From Candidatus Latescibacterota bacterium (GTDB lineage Bacteria > Latescibacterota > CBDEFO01), in the NCBI GenBank assembly GCA_965237525.1, contig CBDEFO010000007.1:806786-870785 (forward strand): a DNA stretch of 64,000 nt. The letters run 5' to 3'. Position numbers and translations under genes: made by a program. The first letter of the stretch is position 1, and every line of letters starts with the position of its first letter. The notes under the pieces were generated by a model. It searched no databases. It was given only the letters and a program-made list of their open reading frames with translations, and was not told where the DNA came from. Below, one piece after another: positions 60,756 to 64,000 of this stretch.

Positions 60756-61121
60756 ATGTCAACTAAACCGAGCAAAGATCTGAAGACATTTCCCAATCCC
60801 TACAAGGGTAGATACTACACTGTGGATATGAACTGTCCCGAATTCACAAGCGTGTGCCCCATAACAGGACAGCCTGACTTCGGGACGATCAAAATATCCT
60901 ATGTCCCCGCCGGATTGTGTATTGAACTTAAGTCCCTCAAGCTCTACATTTGGTCCTACAGAGATGAAGGAATATTTTACGAAGATGTGACAAATAAAAT
61001 ATTAGATGACCTGGTAAAAGCGTGCGATCCTGTATCTATGACCGTTAAAGGAGAGTTCAGCGTCAGAGGAGGGATAACGACATCGGTGACGGCGACTTAC
61101 AACAAAGAGGAAGAAGCATAG
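60756..61121 (+). CDS. queF: preQ1 synthase (type I QueF)
   Basis: PEFTSVCPITGQPDF, ELKSLKLY, RGG. Confidence 0.93.
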   Translation: MSTKPSKDLKTFPNPYKGRYYTVDMNCPEFTSVCPITGQPDFGTIKISYVPAGLCIELKSLKLYIWSYRDEGIFYEDVTNKILDDLVKACDPVSMTVKGEFSVRGGITTSVTATYNKEEEA

Positions 61122-61802
61122 ATGGAAAGAGATCACGCTGTGGTCTGCCTGAGCGGAGGACTCGACAGCTGTGTGACCGCGGCGATAGCTCACAGGAAAT
61201 ACGAATTAGCGCTCCTGCACGTCAACTACGGACAGAGGACGCAGAAAAGAGAACTTACGGCCTTCCACGATATTGCTCAGTTCTATACAGCACGAAGAAA
61301 ACTGATAGCCGACCTTAGTTATCTATCTATCGTAGGAGATTCCAGCCTTACAGATGCCTCTATCGAGGTTCCGAAAGCCGAACATGATCCCAGCAGAAGC
61401 GATGTTCCTTCCACGTATGTCCCCTTCAGAAACGCCAACATCCTTTGCGCCGCAGTATCCTGGGCTGAGGCAACAGGCGCAACTAAAGTCTTTATAGGCG
61501 CCGTCGAGCCAGACTCCAGATACCCCGATTGCCGAAGACCTTTCTACGAGGTGTTCAACAGACTCGTAGCAGAAGGCACAAAGCCGAAGACGAATATCGA
61601 AGTCTTGACCCCGTTGATAGGAATGAAAAAGTGGGAGATAATAAAAAGGGGCGTTCTATTGAACGCCCCCCTGCACCTGACGTGCTCCTGCTACGACAGA
61701 GAAGATATAGCCTGCGGAGAGTGTGAAAGCTGTGCCCAAAGGATCAGTGGGTTCAAATTGGCGGGATTGGAGGACCCTCTCAATTATAAAATAGAAAGAT
61801 GA
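61122..61802 (+). CDS. queC: 7-cyano-7-deazaguanine synthase, paralogue 2
   Basis: SGGLDS, YGQR, PSTYVPFRN, YPDCR, SCY..CGECESC. Confidence 0.92.
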   Translation: MERDHAVVCLSGGLDSCVTAAIAHRKYELALLHVNYGQRTQKRELTAFHDIAQFYTARRKLIADLSYLSIVGDSSLTDASIEVPKAEHDPSRSDVPSTYVPFRNANILCAAVSWAEATGATKVFIGAVEPDSRYPDCRRPFYEVFNRLVAEGTKPKTNIEVLTPLIGMKKWEIIKRGVLLNAPLHLTCSCYDREDIACGECESCAQRISGFKLAGLEDPLNYKIER

Positions 61803-61829
61803 ATGGTAGGCGAAAGGAGAAATGGAATT

Positions 61830-62741
61830 ATGAAAAGTCTTACGAAGTTATTCTTGATCGTAGTCCTTGGCCTAATAGCCGAATCACATGCAGGTAGTTT
61901 CGACAACAAGGGAATTTTGAAATACCCAGTTAAGCAGAAGGGAGAGACATCAGGTGAACCTGGACAAACGGTGCACTATATGCTTTCAGATTCAAGTCGA
62001 AGACACGGAGTATTTCCTCGAATAGATTTACAACTGAATGGAGAAATCTTAAGGAACATACCGAACTATCGTATTATTCCTTATGATTCCACATTCTCTA
62101 TGTCACGTGCATATCTACTTCTGCAACAAGAGGGACCTGTATGGAGTCACGATGTGCAAAAAGAGGTTAAATATCGGTATCTCTTAGCGAACAATATCCT
62201 GGAGGCCTTCCCTGCTCATCCCTTATACGAAGAGGTATTTGCTTTACTATGTGATTATGCAAAGAAATATGAGAGCCATAAGACTTATGGTATGACTCGC
62301 TACCGAGGGCCCATTGCATTGTTGAAGGCGTATCTTAGGCGATACCCAGATGGAACTCACAGAGATCGTCTCGAATGGAAACTCGTTCAATTACAACATC
62401 ATATATATGAATTTGAGGGAGTTGCAAAGGGACCTATGTCACAGGCACAAGCCTTTGAAAACTACCTATCTGCGAATCCGAAATCCAAGGTGGCAAACGA
62501 TATAAAGCTTATGATTGCCAAACTATATCGGATTGCTCATGAATGTGTAGAGTATGCTAAAGAACAAAATATAAGAGCAGGTTTTACGGAGGCTGATGGA
62601 GAAAGATTCCTGGAGAGGTCATTGGGAATATATGAAGAACTCTTAGAAAGCGAGGAAGTAGAAACTAGAGAGACTGCAAGAGTTGCACTCTATAACATAA
62701 GACACAATAGAAGGGTTTCTTTAAATTCAAATGAGTGGTAG
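61830..62741 (+). CDS. Hypothetical exported protein with TPR-like helices
   Basis: Signal peptide; repeated FP.HP / YP.G / NP.S motifs. Confidence 0.6.
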   Translation: MKSLTKLFLIVVLGLIAESHAGSFDNKGILKYPVKQKGETSGEPGQTVHYMLSDSSRRHGVFPRIDLQLNGEILRNIPNYRIIPYDSTFSMSRAYLLLQQEGPVWSHDVQKEVKYRYLLANNILEAFPAHPLYEEVFALLCDYAKKYESHKTYGMTRYRGPIALLKAYLRRYPDGTHRDRLEWKLVQLQHHIYEFEGVAKGPMSQAQAFENYLSANPKSKVANDIKLMIAKLYRIAHECVEYAKEQNIRAGFTEADGERFLERSLGIYEELLESEEVETRETARVALYNIRHNRRVSLNSNEW

Positions 62742-63058
62742 TGCCCGTCTCCGCTGGCAGAGCCAGGAGGGCTCCACCAAATACACAAGACCGTTAAGCC
62801 ACGGTAGAATAGACTTTCGAGTTGGAAGAGAAAGAATTGGATTTCGTAAAGGTCGGACTATACTACTCTACTTTAAGAAAGATGGGTAACAGCTTCCAAG
62901 ACAATGCTGTACCCATGAAGATGATATGAGATTACTTCACTGCCCAAGATTTAATCAGGCGTCGCAATCAGGTTGCTTGGCTTCAGCCGTGAGTCATGAC
63001 GAGATGTGAAACCCCGGAGCAATCGTAAGGGATAGGCAGGGATGCCCTGTCTACTGAT

Positions 63059-64000
63059 TTAATACCCTCTCTTTCTATCCACAACGTTGAGCAATTCCCT
63101 CCCTTGGGAGAACCTTTCTAGGTTCTGGCAGAAGATGTCCACAGACCGATCCATAAAGCGAGGCGAAACGCCCGCTGAATGAGGTGTGATGATCACGTTG
63201 TCAAGGCTGTAATATTCGTCATCGCTGTCGAGCGGCTCCACTTCAAAGACGTCTAAAGACGCCCCTCTTATCCATTTCTGCTTGAGAGCCTTGACAAGCG
63301 AGGGCTTATGGACTATGGATCCTCTTGCCACATTGATAAGAAAGGCGCTCCTTTTCATCTCTTTTAAGACGTTCTCATCTATCATTCCTTCTGTCTCCGG
63401 AATAAGAGGGAGAGTAAGTACAAGGAAGTCCGCCTGTCTGACCACCTCCATAAACTGATCCAGGGGATAGAGTTCGTCAACGTTTTCATCCCCTTCGGAT
63501 ACATCCCTTTTGACGGCCACCACCCTCATTCCCATCGCCTTTGCCCTTCTGGCTGTGGGCTTCCCCACGTTTCCCAAGCCCAATATCCCTATAGTTTTCC
63601 CGTATATTTCATCTATCAGTGGAGCAACCTGGTCTTTTGCCCATTCCCGACGCAGTTGATTTTCATAGCACCTGTAGAACTGATGCGCAAGCGCTATCAT
63701 CGTCCCGATGATGTGCTCAGGCGTCTGAACCCTGTGAGAGCCGCTGGCGGTGGTCAGTACGATATCCCTTTCCGTAATCTCATGATGGTGGAAACCATCC
63801 ACACCGGCAAATGTGGACTGTATCCACTTCAGATTAGAGGTCAAAGCCGCCGATTCCTTCGAGACGTGTATTGCGTAGAGTATCTCTGCGTCAGCGATTT
63901 CCCTTCTACATCCCTCCTCTGATTCCACGAAGACCACGTTGTATTCATCAGAAATACTCGTTACTTTTTTTCGATTCTCCGCTGAAACCTTCCAGAAGCC
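63059..64000 (-). CDS. D-2-hydroxyacid dehydrogenase (5' partial)
   Basis: AGVD, GLGNVG, NVARG, LDVFEVEPL, TPHSAG; frame open to window edge. Confidence 0.9.
   Translation of the reverse strand, partial: GFWKVSAENRKKVTSISDEYNVVFVESEEGCRREIADAEILYAIHVSKESAALTSNLKWIQSTFAGVDGFHHHEITERDIVLTTASGSHRVQTPEHIIGTMIALAHQFYRCYENQLRREWAKDQVAPLIDEIYGKTIGILGLGNVGKPTARRAKAMGMRVVAVKRDVSEGDENVDELYPLDQFMEVVRQADFLVLTLPLIPETEGMIDENVLKEMKRSAFLINVARGSIVHKPSLVKALKQKWIRGASLDVFEVEPLDSDDEYYSLDNVIITPHSAGVSPRFMDRSVDIFCQNLERFSQGRELLNVVDRKRGY

Overview
64-kb chromosomal window of a diderm bacterium, probably an FCB-group candidate lineage (inferred from FlgD-Ig C-terminal secreted proteins, lptCAB-rpoN and a group II GGGP synthase). 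Housekeeping blocks (lptCAB-rpoN; tadA and two tRNA-Ser; tRNA-Ala, large SRP RNA, dnaX-ybaB-recR; pgsA-pgpA-cinA-thpR-recA-recX-alaS; queE-queC-queF-queC) flank an AT-rich island of about 11.6 kb (28.67-40.33 kb). The island is an integron cassette array: nine cassettes whose start core sites (GTTRRRY) pair with inverse core sites just after the genes, carrying toxin-antitoxin, TIR-domain, HEPN-like and type II restriction-modification cargo. No intact intI is present. Instead a conserved non-coding module recurs between cassettes; it holds the last about 25 codons of an integron integrase followed exactly 184 bp later by an attI-like crossover, so integrase-deleted integron platforms appear to be inserted at attC sites like cassettes. 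Other signals: an IS3 inserted in an attC core site plus orphan copies of its left end at other attCs; a 23-bp hairpin that has inserted into coding sequences; two IS1182 copies; a multi-cohesin/dockerin scaffoldin-like protein; and several pseudogenes. All calls come from reading the sequence and recalling family motifs; no database searches were run.
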